From: Tubiluchus corallicola | Lineage: Eukaryota; Animalia; Priapulida | Assembly: GCA_030141605.1 (NCBI GenBank) | Contig: JAQGDQ010000205.1 | Coordinates: 248,001-312,000, forward strand | Direction of reading: 5' to 3' | DNA: 64,000 bases | Part shown: positions 1-12,700 of the stretch, piece by piece | Position numbering within the stretch: position 1 is the first letter of the stretch | Layout of the letters: every line of letters begins with the position of its first letter | Notes under the pieces: generated by a model | What the model saw: the letters and a program-made list of their open reading frames with translations, nothing else | What the model was told of the DNA's origin: nothing | Database searches by the model: none | Translations under genes and position numbers: made by a program

Positions 1-51
1 ATGACTTTTAGTTTCAGCAGTGGTAATTTGGTTTGTTTCTTACTGATGTAG

Positions 52-234
52 GGAGCTGCTAAATTAGTGCTCAATTCTGGTCAGCATCCTGACTCGTTAA
101 AAGATGATGTTTGTTCACCGGCAGGATGTACCATATACGCAATGCATTCACTGGAGCGAAATGGATTCCGTGCTTCCCTAATGGATGCTGTGGAGATGGC
201 TACTCTACGAACGAAACAGCTAGGAGAGCAGTAA
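52..234 (+). CDS. PYCR: Last coding exon of pyrroline-5-carboxylate reductase (rest of gene lies upstream of the window)
   Basis: After acceptor gatgtag (ends 51) the frame reads GAAKLVLNSGQHPDSLKDDVCSPAGCTIYAMHSLERNGFRASLMDAVEMATLRTKQLGEQ*, matching the P5CR C-terminal motif GAAKM...HPxxLKDxVCSPGGxTI...LExxGFR. Not in the ORF track. The paralog (PYCR1/2 vs PYCR3) cannot be assigned from one exon. Confidence 0.93.
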   Translation, partial: GAAKLVLNSGQHPDSLKDDVCSPAGCTIYAMHSLERNGFRASLMDAVEMATLRTKQLGEQ

Positions 235-1020
235 AAAACTTTAAAAAATTACAGACTAATTTAACTTCTCTGGTCTTTCAAAGTATAGTAACCCGGTGGC
301 AGCATATTATATGCTGACTTGAAAAAGTGAAAACTAAATTTTTGTTGCTGATTAGTGGTTTCCTCCTATTTGCATGACTTGTGCAATTTGCTTTGCTAGA
401 CATTTGGTATTTGGAAATTTTGGAATGCAGTACGCACCTATTATAGACTCATGGTTAATAGAATCAATCGTGTAATTGACTCAAAAACTCTCCATTCCAA
501 AGGCCTGACTATTTCATTTTCCAGGTCTACATTATGTAGATGGTTTTCTTTGCAAATCTGATTGCACAGTCAGCAGAATGCTTGTTTTACCTGTCTGAAA
601 CAAATAGCTGACCGAAAGACTTTTATGTTTATAAATCATAAATCCGTGAGACAATCCGTATTTTGCTATGGTGTGATTGTATTTAAACATTGGAAATTCA
701 GTGTAGCCGTGAAAGTGCATTGTAAGGCATTCCGTCCGTCAACACTGCATTCCTAGAATATGCACATGTCAAAGTATTTTTAATTTTATATGTATATTTA
801 AATTATTAACATGCATGTGTTATTTCATGCTTGTTTCTGTAACTGGTGGCCTATAATTTTTGTGTCTTATTTAATGAGTTTTTGTAGGTGGTATTAACAT
901 CAGGGAAAACCTATTGGTGTAACTGTTACCTCAGGTTTTATAATTTATATAAGTTTTATTAGCTTGTACAGACTGCCTTGGATTCCTGTAGGGGTAGTTT
1001 ATGATAAACACTTGAAGTTA

Positions 1021-1575
1021 CAGTAAACCCTCTTTATTCTGGATTATTTGAGTGGGTCAGGCAGTCTCTAATAACTGGTCATATGCAATATTAAACCTGA
1101 CAGAGCTCGTACAGAGCTCGTGTCTTATTGGAGGAAATGTACAGTAATGTAAATAAATGGACATTACATGTACATGCGCCCGAAATTGCTTCATAAAGCC
1201 TCACACTTGTTGCCTGCTGATTGGGACGCCCAACCTGAATCACCTGCAGCTCTGAGGTCCAGTCCTGCCTCACACTTACTGCATACTGAATGTGAGCCCT
1301 GCCTGAATCACCTGCAGCTCTGAGGTCCAGTCCTGCCTCACACTTCTGCTGAATGTGGGCCCTGCCTGAAACACCTGCAACTCTGAGGTCCAGTCCTGCC
1401 TCACACTTACTGCATACTGAATATGAACCCTGCCTTAATGTGATCACATGCTAGCCTGATGTCCAGTCCTGTCACATGCCTTTGTTGTAGCCAGACCTGT
1501 TATTAGTAACCAGAATGGAATAGACAGTAGAAATAATCCATTATATCCGAAATCTGTTGAAACGAGGATTTACTG
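1021..1575. mobile_element. Tc1/mariner-type MITE carrying an internal minisatellite
   Basis: TA|CAGTAAACCCTC ... GAGGATTTACTG|TA: 12-bp TIR (1 mismatch) with TA at both flanks; no coding capacity. Confidence 0.65.
1233..1470. repeat. Minisatellite, ~62-68 bp unit, about 3.5 copies
   Basis: Unit cctgaatcacctgcagctctgaggtccagtcctgcctcacactt(actgcatac)tgaatgtgagccctg recurs at ~1233, 1303 and 1365, with a degenerate copy at ~1433. Confidence 0.9.
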
Positions 1576-3185
1576 TATGCTAAACTTTTAATATGTGTAG
1601 TACTAAGCAGTTGTTTCACTTTTTTCGGGAATTTCCCTTCATCCAGAATTTTTTTGAAATAAGTTGTTTATTTTGAATTAATTTATTATTTTTGACGATG
1701 CGCATACTAGCGTGTATGTTTTTCGTACTGTATTTACTTTACGATAACTTTTTTATAATGTTATTTATGAAAGAGTACATACAGAAACATGCTAGGTTTT
1801 AGAGCCAGGCCTTTTATTATGGTAACTGAATGTTTTGTGATTTTTCACATTCTAATCAGGAGATTAATTAGCAGACATGCAAGGTGCAGAAGGTTTTTAG
1901 AAATGGTGCTTGGCTTTTAACATTTCATGTTTGGTATATCTTACGCATTTGATGATGTATCGTGGTTTTGCAAGAAATTTTTACTTTACATAAGATAACA
2001 GAATTGCTATTTATGCTAATTGACTGTTTGCAGATGTATTAGATATTAATGAGAGTAATCTTTACGAGAGTAATTTGTTAATATTTTCTTGTTGTCTAAT
2101 TGGTGATTTGATGCTATTTGTCAAGTTGGGTTCTTCATTGTGGTATTCAAGATTTATATTTATGTACTGCAGGTATTTTATTTTTAGAAATGAACCAATG
2201 CCATTTATTAAACAGTTTTTATATTTTTACTTGTACATGCATAATCATAATGACCATTTTTGCTGAGAAATAAAGTTTTTCCATCTTTGGGTTGTTTAAA
2301 GGGTGCATATATTTTCTTATATTTTGTATTAAATTAAATGTGTTTATATCTGTCACAGTGTGTGTATGTGACGTGTGCATGTCCTATTGTGGGAGAGAGA
2401 GAGAAAGGGGGGAAGGAGAGGGAGAGACAAAGAGGAAGAGTGCAGCAGTGAATATATAGAGTAAGAGTTCGCGTTAGGCCATTTGTTTGCGGTTGGCCAA
2501 TGAGTTGGCAAAATTAACTAAAATTGTTTTTAAGGCAAATTTCTACATTAAACTTACACTAACGTAATAATAATTATTATGGTACATATTTTGGTAGCAC
2601 AAAAAACAAATGAATACTGGTTTTTAATAAAGTTGGGACAGGTGAAAATGTATTTTTGTATTAACCTATTTGTATGGTACCACGTAGACTCATGCACATA
2701 TAGTGCACTTAAGTCTGTTAGAACATTTGATAAAAAAAATATATCAGTCTATACGTAATGGGTGTAGTAAACAAAAGTATCTTTCACTCTATAATTTCTC
2801 TCAGAAAATAGTTACATTCACGTTTTTATGTTCCTGGTTTTGATCAAATATTCAAGTTCTGATGCTTTGTAGTTATAAAAAGTAAATTTAATTTAATTCA
2901 ATTAAGTGAACATTGGAATGATCAGTTGCAGACATGCAGATCTCAAGTCTGCTGACAAAGAGACTGTTTAACAAGTTCAACACATCAATTTCACAGATTT
3001 TTTTGAAGAGCTTACTCAAACAGATGTGTTATGGACCACCAAACTCAAACAATGTGTTATGTATGGACTATAGTTTATATTATATTTTCTTAGTTTCATT
3101 ATAACTTTCATGGATGGGAGCACAGATGACAAAGTGTTTTGGCAGGGTATCTATGACTACGAGTGGCGTACATTGCCCCATAAAC

Positions 3186-3202
3186 AGCGCCATCTACTGG
3201 CA
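3186..3202 (-). promoter_or_regulatory. CTCF-like binding motif between PYCR and the RP2 start
   Basis: agcgccatctactggca; reverse complement TGCCAGTAGATGGCGCT fits the CTCF core CCASYAGRKGGCRS. It lies ~560 bp upstream of the RP2 ATG in a locally CpG-richer stretch. Confidence 0.5.
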
Positions 3203-3763
3203 GCAAAGTGAAATGATTAGTAAATCAATCCCTTTTGAACCGCTGATTAACGGTTGAGCTCGAATCGAGGTCTGATCTCTGCACTGAATCGCTTCCGATT
3301 GTCACTGTACTTTTACAATGATGAATTGAAACTAAAACGCATTACATTGCTTTTAACGAAATAGAAACTGTGCGTAAAGTTAATTTGGACGCCACAAAAC
3401 AGTAGCAGCTATTTATCATCGCGCTGTAGAATTCGCTGAAATAAAATACCAGCTACAACGATTTCGCTGCATGCTGGTCGATAACAAACACGCGGATCGA
3501 TATTTTTACCCTGCTGGCATCTGCTGTCGAAAGGTCTACAGTGAGTCGTTATGCCCTGTTACATTAGATTGTGCTCCACGTAAATGTGCATACAACGGCA
3601 ATGTTGTATACGTAGCACAGCTAGGGTTACAAAAATCTAACTTGCGGTTCATAAAGTATAGAGCCGCCATGTGTTTAACACTGTTATGATGGCAATTTCG
3701 AGCGAGCAGAAGTCGCAGGTTTAGTGCTCATAAAACGATATTTTCTCGTTGGCAAGGTAAACT

Positions 3764-6700
3764 ATGGGCGGTTGCTGTGCTTCAAAACCAAACAAGTCGG
3801 AAGATGAAGGCAGAATTGTGGAGGAGAAACGGCGAGGCAGTAGTAAAAAAGAATACTCTTGGTTGGTTTTTTTCTATTTACATTTATTATCAGCTTATGT
3901 TTTTATAATCAGATACGGCTGTAATAATTTTAGTTACGGTGATGCAGGATCGCTATTTTCAAAAATTTTGTGAAAGCAATTTTGCAGCTTATGAAATAAT
4001 TCGTTTTGCATAAACACAGACAATTTAGCGGTCTAATATTTCCAGAGCTAATAATCCAGGCACCGAGTAGCCGTTGATTTAATTGTTTTGCATACTGTCC
4101 AGTGTGCATGCATGCGCGGCATTTGCATTTAAATCTATGTTACTCAATGTAAACACCACAGTAAAAATTCTGTTTGCATGTTACATGTCTGGTGTTTTTT
4201 TTCTTCATTTTTTTCATTTACCAAAATCTCTGGTCATGTTTCTGCCTGTTGAAGCTTCATTGAATGGAGCAAAAATAAGGTCAGCTGTACTGTGCTTGAG
4301 TTTCTTGATGGTCAGTCCAATGCATTCAGCAACAGTGAAAACGTGGTAAAGACACAATATTCAGAAGCTTTTGTCGGTGTAGTTGTATAGATGTTTCATA
4401 TAAAAGCGCACAAAATAGTTTAACGTAGTCCGATATCAGATCTATCATGACAAAGAGCTGTAACTGCTAAGGGCCCATATTCTACTTGTGTGTCACTTCA
4501 TAGCTTCAAAACACATAGCTTGGTTACCAAGCAGTCATCATTATAATTGAGGTTCGATCTCAAACATGGTACAGTTTCATTTTGTTTTACTGTTATTCTG
4601 AAACCCCTAGACTTTCCTGCAAAGATTCTGAAATAATATGTGTTAGTGCACTGATATCATGTTAACCCAGCTAGTGGCCACTAAGGGGTATTGTTTTCAA
4701 ATTGTCTAATAAAATGTTTATCCATATGATTACAAATAATGCAATTACACACTTGCAATGCTTTTTTAGCTCGCCTATTAAGGGCAGACAAAAAAATCTA
4801 CACCCCCATTTTACCAATGCCCTACAGATGTACACTGTTGCTAGAAGCCATGGCAGGCCAATGTACATCAAGGGCTGCATCATGGATTTTGATTGTGGGT
4901 ACTCTCTAGATCTGTGGTTGCATATTAGGGACACCTTGACAACCTATATTGTTCCAGCTAGGATATGGTTAGCTGCTATACGAAATTTTAAAGTTTTTCC
5001 TACAGATGTCGTTAGCACACAAAAATTCACCATTTACAAAAATAACATATTCTCGTTGGATTTTTTGTTGGCTACTTTCAGATTCAGACAATTTAACTTT
5101 TTGAGAAAAACCTGTCATACCCATAAAAAATGTTTTGTTTTTTGTACATAATTGCACATCAAAATGCGTATCAAAAAGATCTTAGCATAAAAATGTGACC
5201 ATTACAAATCTTAAGAACACCTCTAGGTCTATTGACTGCTTTTGCCTGCAAATATTCATTGCAATAAAATTAACAATTACTGTATAGAAAGCAAAATTTC
5301 TCAATGGGCAACAATTGCACTATTTCAGCCTGTGAGCTACAGAACTCTACATGAGCTAAATAGTTTTGCTGACCTATTTTGAAATTTAAAAAGGACTTCC
5401 TCAGATTAAACTGACATATTTGCCAGAGTGTGAATTTTCTAGTCATTTTTGCTAACGTGAACAATTTTCATCTAGCTCTCTATACTAACAGGTCACTGTG
5501 GTTCCGTAAGCCGGCTACCTGCAGATTGTTACTTGTTAGGTGATGTGACATTCATGCTAGTGTAAGCTAGTTATTGCTTGCGCCTCGTGAGGCTTAAGTA
5601 GAGAAACTGAGCAAAAGTGATTTCAGGTCCCAGTGAGCCCCACACGTTTCACACTTTTCAGGATAATTTGATGTTATGCCTCCCAAATAATATAATAAAA
5701 ATTGTCGAAATGCAAATGGTTATAAAACAAAGAGAAGGCTGTATTTCCTGCTGAAAGTTGAAAACATTTTCATCATGAATTATGTAGGTGAAATCCCCAG
5801 GGAGGAGACCTATTACGCTCAGCTAGATTTATCGTTTCCAGGTCGGCAACCAGGATTGTTGCTTCCCTAAATAATATTTACAGTTGTACAGCTTTAACAC
5901 ATAAGCTCTAATAGATCAATAGTATCCATTAGTGATGGGTATATAAGCAGACTGGGCTGAGAATTACCATAATGAGTATTGCGTGTTGCATTGCTAGCAT
6001 TATACACGCTGATCATGTATATTGTTGCACATGATTATCGGTTGTTGTTTGGACTTTGCATGCTAATTAACATGTGACAATACTGATTGTTTCAGGGATA
6101 AAAAGGAAAAGGTAAATCCCAAGGACTACACTATTGACAATGTAAAGGATCAGGAAGTTGGTAAACTGCCAGGTGAGGTAAAGGGTCAGCAGTTCATCAT
6201 ACAAAACTGTGAGGTATTGCATTGTTTGATCTTTTCATTGTTATAAAGTTTAATTCTTGCTAGCGATTTTATAATATATAGGCCTATTGTTTGATTTTAG
6301 GTCTGCAGAAATTTGTATTTCACTGTACTTAAAGGCACGTCTTCTCATATGACCTAAAGACTGGTATTTGGAATATACCGATCAGTTGGCTAAAAGACTT
6401 AATTTTTTGCTTGAGTAAGCTAAAACAGTTTAGTTTAGAAAGTAAGAATTGTAGAAACCTTTGCGATGGGAAAGTGCCTTCATGATGGTTCTTGAGTTGA
6501 TAAGAACTCATAGTTTAAGCATTTTCTGTTTAGTTTTTAGTCAATAAACCAATATATGGTAGTTAAACTTCTATTCCTCGGTGCTGGTTTTTCAGCTTGT
6601 ATGTACTTGTATCTTTTAGGTACTGTCCTTGAGTCTTAACCATAGCATAAAGAAGTGATATTTCTTAAACTAAATTAATCTCCTAGTAAGCTCGCATAGA

Positions 6701-9700
6701 TCTCACATTTGTGAGAAAGCTTACAAACACACAGAGGACGAAAACAGTGTAATTTTGTCTCCGCTTCAACTTTTTATTGTATTTGTGTGGAATTTAGATT
6801 TGCCCCCGCTTCAACTTTTTACTGTATAAATTTGTGTGGAATTTAGGTATTTGAAATAAATAGTAAACATAACTAAACTTATTAGAGTTCTTGTGCCACC
6901 ATAATTATGCAGAACAAGAAGGCGGAACAATCACCTTGCTCTACGGCTGATGGCATTTAGAAGACAGTAGTAACATTAACTGAATATTGTTTTTTTGACA
7001 ACAGTTGATTATATAAATTTATGTTAATTTTTTTCTAGAATGTAGGCATTTATGTTTTTGACCATTCTGCTCAAGTCACTGTGGACGACTGCAAAAATTG
7101 CAGAATATTTCTTGGTCCAGTCAAAGGAAGGTAACCACATTTATAAACTCGATGAATAAAATGGTGCATGATCAAAAAGGTACGCGTAAAATGGCTTAGT
7201 AAACATTCGGTAGGAAAAAATGACACACTTAATGAAATATGAGTTAGGGTTAGGGTAATTTGTAAGTACAATTATTTTAATTACTTTTAACTCTGCAAAG
7301 GGTTTATAGTTTCAACATTGTTTTTTGTTTGTTTGTTTACTTATTAGTTATCAATATTATGCAATTTAAACTACTGTTTGTGAGTAATGTTTATGATTAT
7401 GATTACCTCTCTCCGTCAAGGAGGTTCTGTCTTCATCGCTGTTGATTTGTTAGCTTGTTAATAGGATCATGCAAAAATTACTTAACGTATTTCCACAAAA
7501 CTTTGTGCTGAAGTTAGGCGTAGGTCATTGGATAAGCAAGACAAATTTGGTGCTGAGGGAGGGGCAAAAGTTGCCAAGAATGGCTAATTTTTTTCACAAA
7601 AGTTGTACAAAAATGTGCTCTTGAAGCTCGTGAATTTTATTATAGCTCTATGGAAAAAGAAATTTGAAAGCAAATTGACACAGGCAGTATGGCAGATGAA
7701 ACTGCCCAAGAATAGTTTTCCGAGCAGTCACCTATCCATTTATTTGCAACTCCAGTATTCATAGCCACAATTCAATACAACCTTACTTTAGTTAGATATG
7801 ACTGTGTTCACTATGACTATTATATGCGTCTGAGTTTCTTTTGCTATAGCAGCCTTCGAACATTCTTGTCTGGCTTGAACTGCACACTGGAAATCCATTC
7901 ACAGTCCATCTTTTCATCCAGTAAATAATGAAGCTGGGGCGTTGAAATATATGCTTTTGTCGAGTGGAACAAATGAGTAAGCTTTTTCACAGTTCCGGTG
8001 ATTGATGATGATCGCGGAAAGGTCAATGGTTAAGTGTACCAATTATGTTATTTGTATACATTTGACAGCGACTCGCAGCCCAAGCTACTGTAATAGAAAC
8101 AGTTTTAACAGATTCCTAGAACCTTACTTTGCTCTTGCTCCCAAGCATGGTCCTGAGAGTAAACCACTGTATGCACAGACTAATACACAGATAATAAACA
8201 TAATACACTGAAATTACCGAAATGATACGCTAGGAGGCTTTGTTTTACACACATGTCACGTGATGGTTGTAACTAACTTGCATTGCCGTGGTACACTTAA
8301 TCTCTGACCTACAGCAACTGTGCGTGCGCATAACAAAACTGTGACAAAGCTTATTTACTTAACGAGGATCAGGAAAATTGCATTTTGATATGTTGTTCAG
8401 ACGTCTTTTATGTGTCAAGGTGTTGCTAGAGGCCTCTATATGAGCGTTTGTTATGTAATTTTTTTCTTGCACATTGCCATAAGCGGTTTTTGTTGTCACT
8501 TGACTAGTTTTCACGAGACATATAACTATGTAAAAGTTTTTACACTTGCAAATATGAAGTAAAATATTTCCCATATTTAAATGTATTAAAAACAGAATAA
8601 TTATCTTGGGGAGGTGATGAATTTTGGATCAACATATTTTCACTCCACACTGACCTCAGGTTTTCCTGTTAAGTGCTTCATTTTTAGCTTGCACATTCCA
8701 GACAACATTGTGGCTTCATCAAGTGAAAGTCTTTTTTATTGGCTTGCTTTCTGTCAGCAAACTCAATTTGTAATTCTATAACTCATATATGACGCCTTAA
8801 TGAATCGTACACGTACAAGTGTCACCTTGTTGTTAGCAATGAAATTAGTTTTTGATTTATTTCCATAGCGTATTCCTAAGAAATTGCACAGACTGTTCTT
8901 GTGTGATTGCTTGCCAGCAGTTTAGGACTCGTGATTGTCGAAAGCTGCGATTATTTCTACATTGCTCTACGCAGCCGATTATCGAAGCTTCGACAGAAAT
9001 GAATTTTGCTTGCTTTCAATACAATTATGAAGAATTGGAGGGTAAGACTGTTCTTCTCTATCCTGCTTTTGCTAAATAATTTGAGTGTTTGAGTGTTGGT
9101 TAGCTGTAATTTTGCTAGCTTGTGCTGACACAATCAGACTAGCGAGATTTCTCTTGCTAGTTCTCGCAGAGAGTTAATTCGCAAGTGTGAATGGCTTTGC
9201 AAGTTCTCTCTAGTTTAACTAAGCTACAGCTTTCGCTTACTGTCGGAGAGAACTCGCATAGCTGTTCATGCTGTCAGAGAGAAAACTCGTGGGAGAAAAC
9301 TTGCTAGTCTGAATGCACCATTACGGCTCATGAGAGTGCTCGTATGGTTGGTGCAAGAATAGGTTCACTTTTCCTGTTAGTTAACTTAATTAGTTCGTTC
9401 AGTTAGTTAGTTCACTTTTCCTGTCAACATTATATGACGGTACTTACAGTACTGAGTGTTCATAATAATAGTAGTGACTTTACTTGATAACAAACGTATA
9501 GCTAACTTTATTTATTATTAATTGCTTAGTCCATACTAAGTGAAAAGAAATTATATTCAATATTTTCTTAACTTTTGTACGTTTTTAACAGTTCAATTTT
9601 AGTTCTCCGAAACAGAAATGTTGCCCATAAATTTAGTGACTACATTTAAACGCAGCGGAGAAGGTTGAAAGCCTTTGGTTCAGTTTTATGACCATGTTAA

Positions 9701-12700
9701 CTGCATTAAGACATATAAACTTGCTTGCTGAGGCAATTCCTGAAAGAACTTTGGAAACACAATAAAAATCAATATGCTTGCTATCATTCTTTTCCATTGC
9801 TTCTTTTTCCGGCAGTTGGGTGTTTTTTATGACGTAATATAAACTTTCTGAATGGTTAAAGGTACGAAGACAACAACGTAGACCCTGTCCAGTTTCAGTA
9901 CTGGTCACTATTTTGATAACAGGCCCGGATTTCAGCCAACTGTTTCCCTAAAGTGCTGCCCAACCGCAGTGCCCCAGTTAGGGTCAACAACTTTTGACTT
10001 CAAAAACAGGTAGCTACTAAGTACCAGTGGACAAACTGTACAATTGTACTGTTTAACTCTATTTGCATGGGATGATATTTAAGCTGTTACACTCGTGTAT
10101 ACTATTGTTTCGGTGTTTTATAAATGCTGTGATTTTGTTTTTCATACAGCTCAGTGATAATTTTACCAGCTGAACAAAATTAAGCTTACATTGATTTTAA
10201 GATTTCAAGCTACTTAGTTGATTTGATCTTACTTTCTGGAGTAACATGTAGTTGTTCTTAATAAGTAAATGTAAAATATGTAGCATTTATATTATTCTAG
10301 AATAAATAGAATTGAAGAGTAGCATTCCCATAGAGTATTTTACATATGTAACAATTCACCTGCATTTTTATTTTGGTAGATTGTTGCATGAATATGACCA
10401 TAACTAGTCGAAACTTTGCAGATGTTTTTGTCTGAATAAAAGCCTTGTGGATGCTGGCTGTTATTTTCATTTATAGAGTTATTCTTTGATGATATTAACA
10501 CTTAAGCAAGTATTCTTATCCAGCCACAAATTGTTTGTGACCCTAAAAAAGCAAAAACATCCATGTCTTGTCTATGTACAGTGTCACTTTCATGAAGAAA
10601 ATGTTTTACTATCTTGCTTCGTACAGGGAAAAAGTAGTTTCAGGAAGACAATCTGCACTGTTGATTTTACTAAGTAATGCAATTAGTCTGCACAGTAACT
10701 AGAAAATGCAGTTGCAACGTGTTTCGGTTTTGAAACATTTCTTGGTCGTTTTGTTACAGAAGACAGAGTGCAATCTAATGCAACCTGTTTGCTGTTTGCT
10801 AAGATCTTTATCCTGTAAAGCCTTCTAGAAACACATACAAGAGATAAGGCATTTTAGTTAAGAGATAATGCATTTTATTGATTGTGATTGTGTTCTGTAA
10901 GACATAGGTGTATATGCTACTGAGACCTGTGCTGCACCTTCTCCGTCGCCCTCCCCTTCCCCTTGTGACTTGAGTACGTACTATTGTGCTTAATTGTTAA
11001 TCCAGGGCTGGCCAATAACAAAATATCAAAGAAGTTATACTGTTATGGCATAAAAAGCATTGCAAAAATGAAAGTTGCCAAAAATTTTATTTTAATTCAT
11101 CACAAATAGTCAGACAGCTTTAAAAAAATATGTGTTGGAGTTCTTTATCCTGGGAACTTGGGGTTTGAGTACCCTAGGTATGATAGCTTCCACTGCTGTT
11201 TTGTTTAAAAAATGTGCTTATTGTGAGAAATGCTGAAAGTATGCAACAACAAATTGCTTAGTATAAAAATTTAATTTAGTTTCCTAAATTTTAGTAGTTT
11301 GTACTAATTCAATATTTCAATATTTTGCACTAAGAATAATGAAAGTACACCATCATCTTGCACGGGGATTTTTGCAAAATTTTGGAACATAAATGCTCTG
11401 GGATTGACTAGATACAGCTGCCAAACTTTGAGGGATGATTCTTAAGGCCATTGCAACAGCGTTTTGGACATTTTTATAAAATTGCACATTTTGACCTGCT
11501 CTCCCGAGATACTAAAGAGATGTTCCTGCACTTTGGTGGTTTATAACTCCAAAACGTTCACAGATAAACAATTGGCTACTATTAGCAAGGACAAATAGTA
11601 AATTATATATGGGCTTTCATTTGGTGGCATGATTTTCACAGAATCAGAATTTTTACATAACTTGCAAGTCAAGCCTCAAAATATGATGAAATGTATTTTG
11701 GACTAAAAAGAAATCAGAATTTGTTATAAGAATCGGTCTCAGTTGCTCAACAAGGGCAATCTACACATAGAACTGCATTGTTTGCGTGTAAAGTGTATCT
11801 AGGCTCTAAAATAAACTTTTATTTCACAGATCAATTTAAATCAGCAGAAATCAGTCTTTTCAATAACAACTGGTACAGTGTGCATGACTTTACTCCGGCA
11901 GCCGGTGATGAGGAGGCGAATTGGAAATTGTTACCCGAAGTAAGAGTAATTTTTCTCAGTGACTTGTGCTCCTTAAAAAGTTATAAATACACACATTGTA
12001 GAGATGATTTGTCTGAGATATAATGGGTGTAAATCGTGTAGTGTTTTTTTTGCAATTTTCTCGTGCTGAAGCTTGTAACAGCTTTTTGGGCTTCGTGTTT
12101 GACTGTGAGTCTATAAAAACCTCAGCACCATGAAGCCAGATTTTTAAAAGTAATGATTCTTGTAGCATGTATAGTGGTGGAGTGGTGTAGCAATCTTTAT
12201 AAATGTGTTAGTAATTGCCTATAAATCCCTCAACAAAGTCACATTTATCACCCCGCATGAAGTTTCTTGCTGTGTTTTTTGCCCGGAACATTGTTATTAA
12301 CTTTGATAAAGAGAAATGGCCTGGCACCTGTTTAAGTGTTATTAGATTTGTGCCCTTATTTGTTAGACATGTTCTTACTTTTTCTTTGCTGAGTATTAAA
12401 GCGCGGTCACTGAACTGTAAGTGAAAATTTTGCATTACGGGCAGAACTGAATAATAATATCTTTCTTCCTTCATTGAGTCAAATTTGATTAAATCCAACT
12501 GTCTCATTGATTGTCTAATAAATCTGATTAAATTCCGAATCATCATTTATAATCAAATTCTTGCAGTTGGTAAATTTTCAAAGTCGATATTGAAAGTCTT
12601 GTCTCGGCACTATTGAATTATTCATATACTAAGTGAAACTGTTGATGAATGCAAAGTCCAGCGTAAAGTCAAAATTATAGTTATCATTAAGTTTAGAAGT

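Noticed and set aside
111-317. 68-aa track ORF
   Set aside because: Wrong frame; the real coding frame is the PYCR exon 52-234.
4702-5151. 149-aa ORF in RP2 intron 1
   Set aside because: Non-ATG start, no recognisable motif, no convincing splice context; likely chance or repeat-derived.
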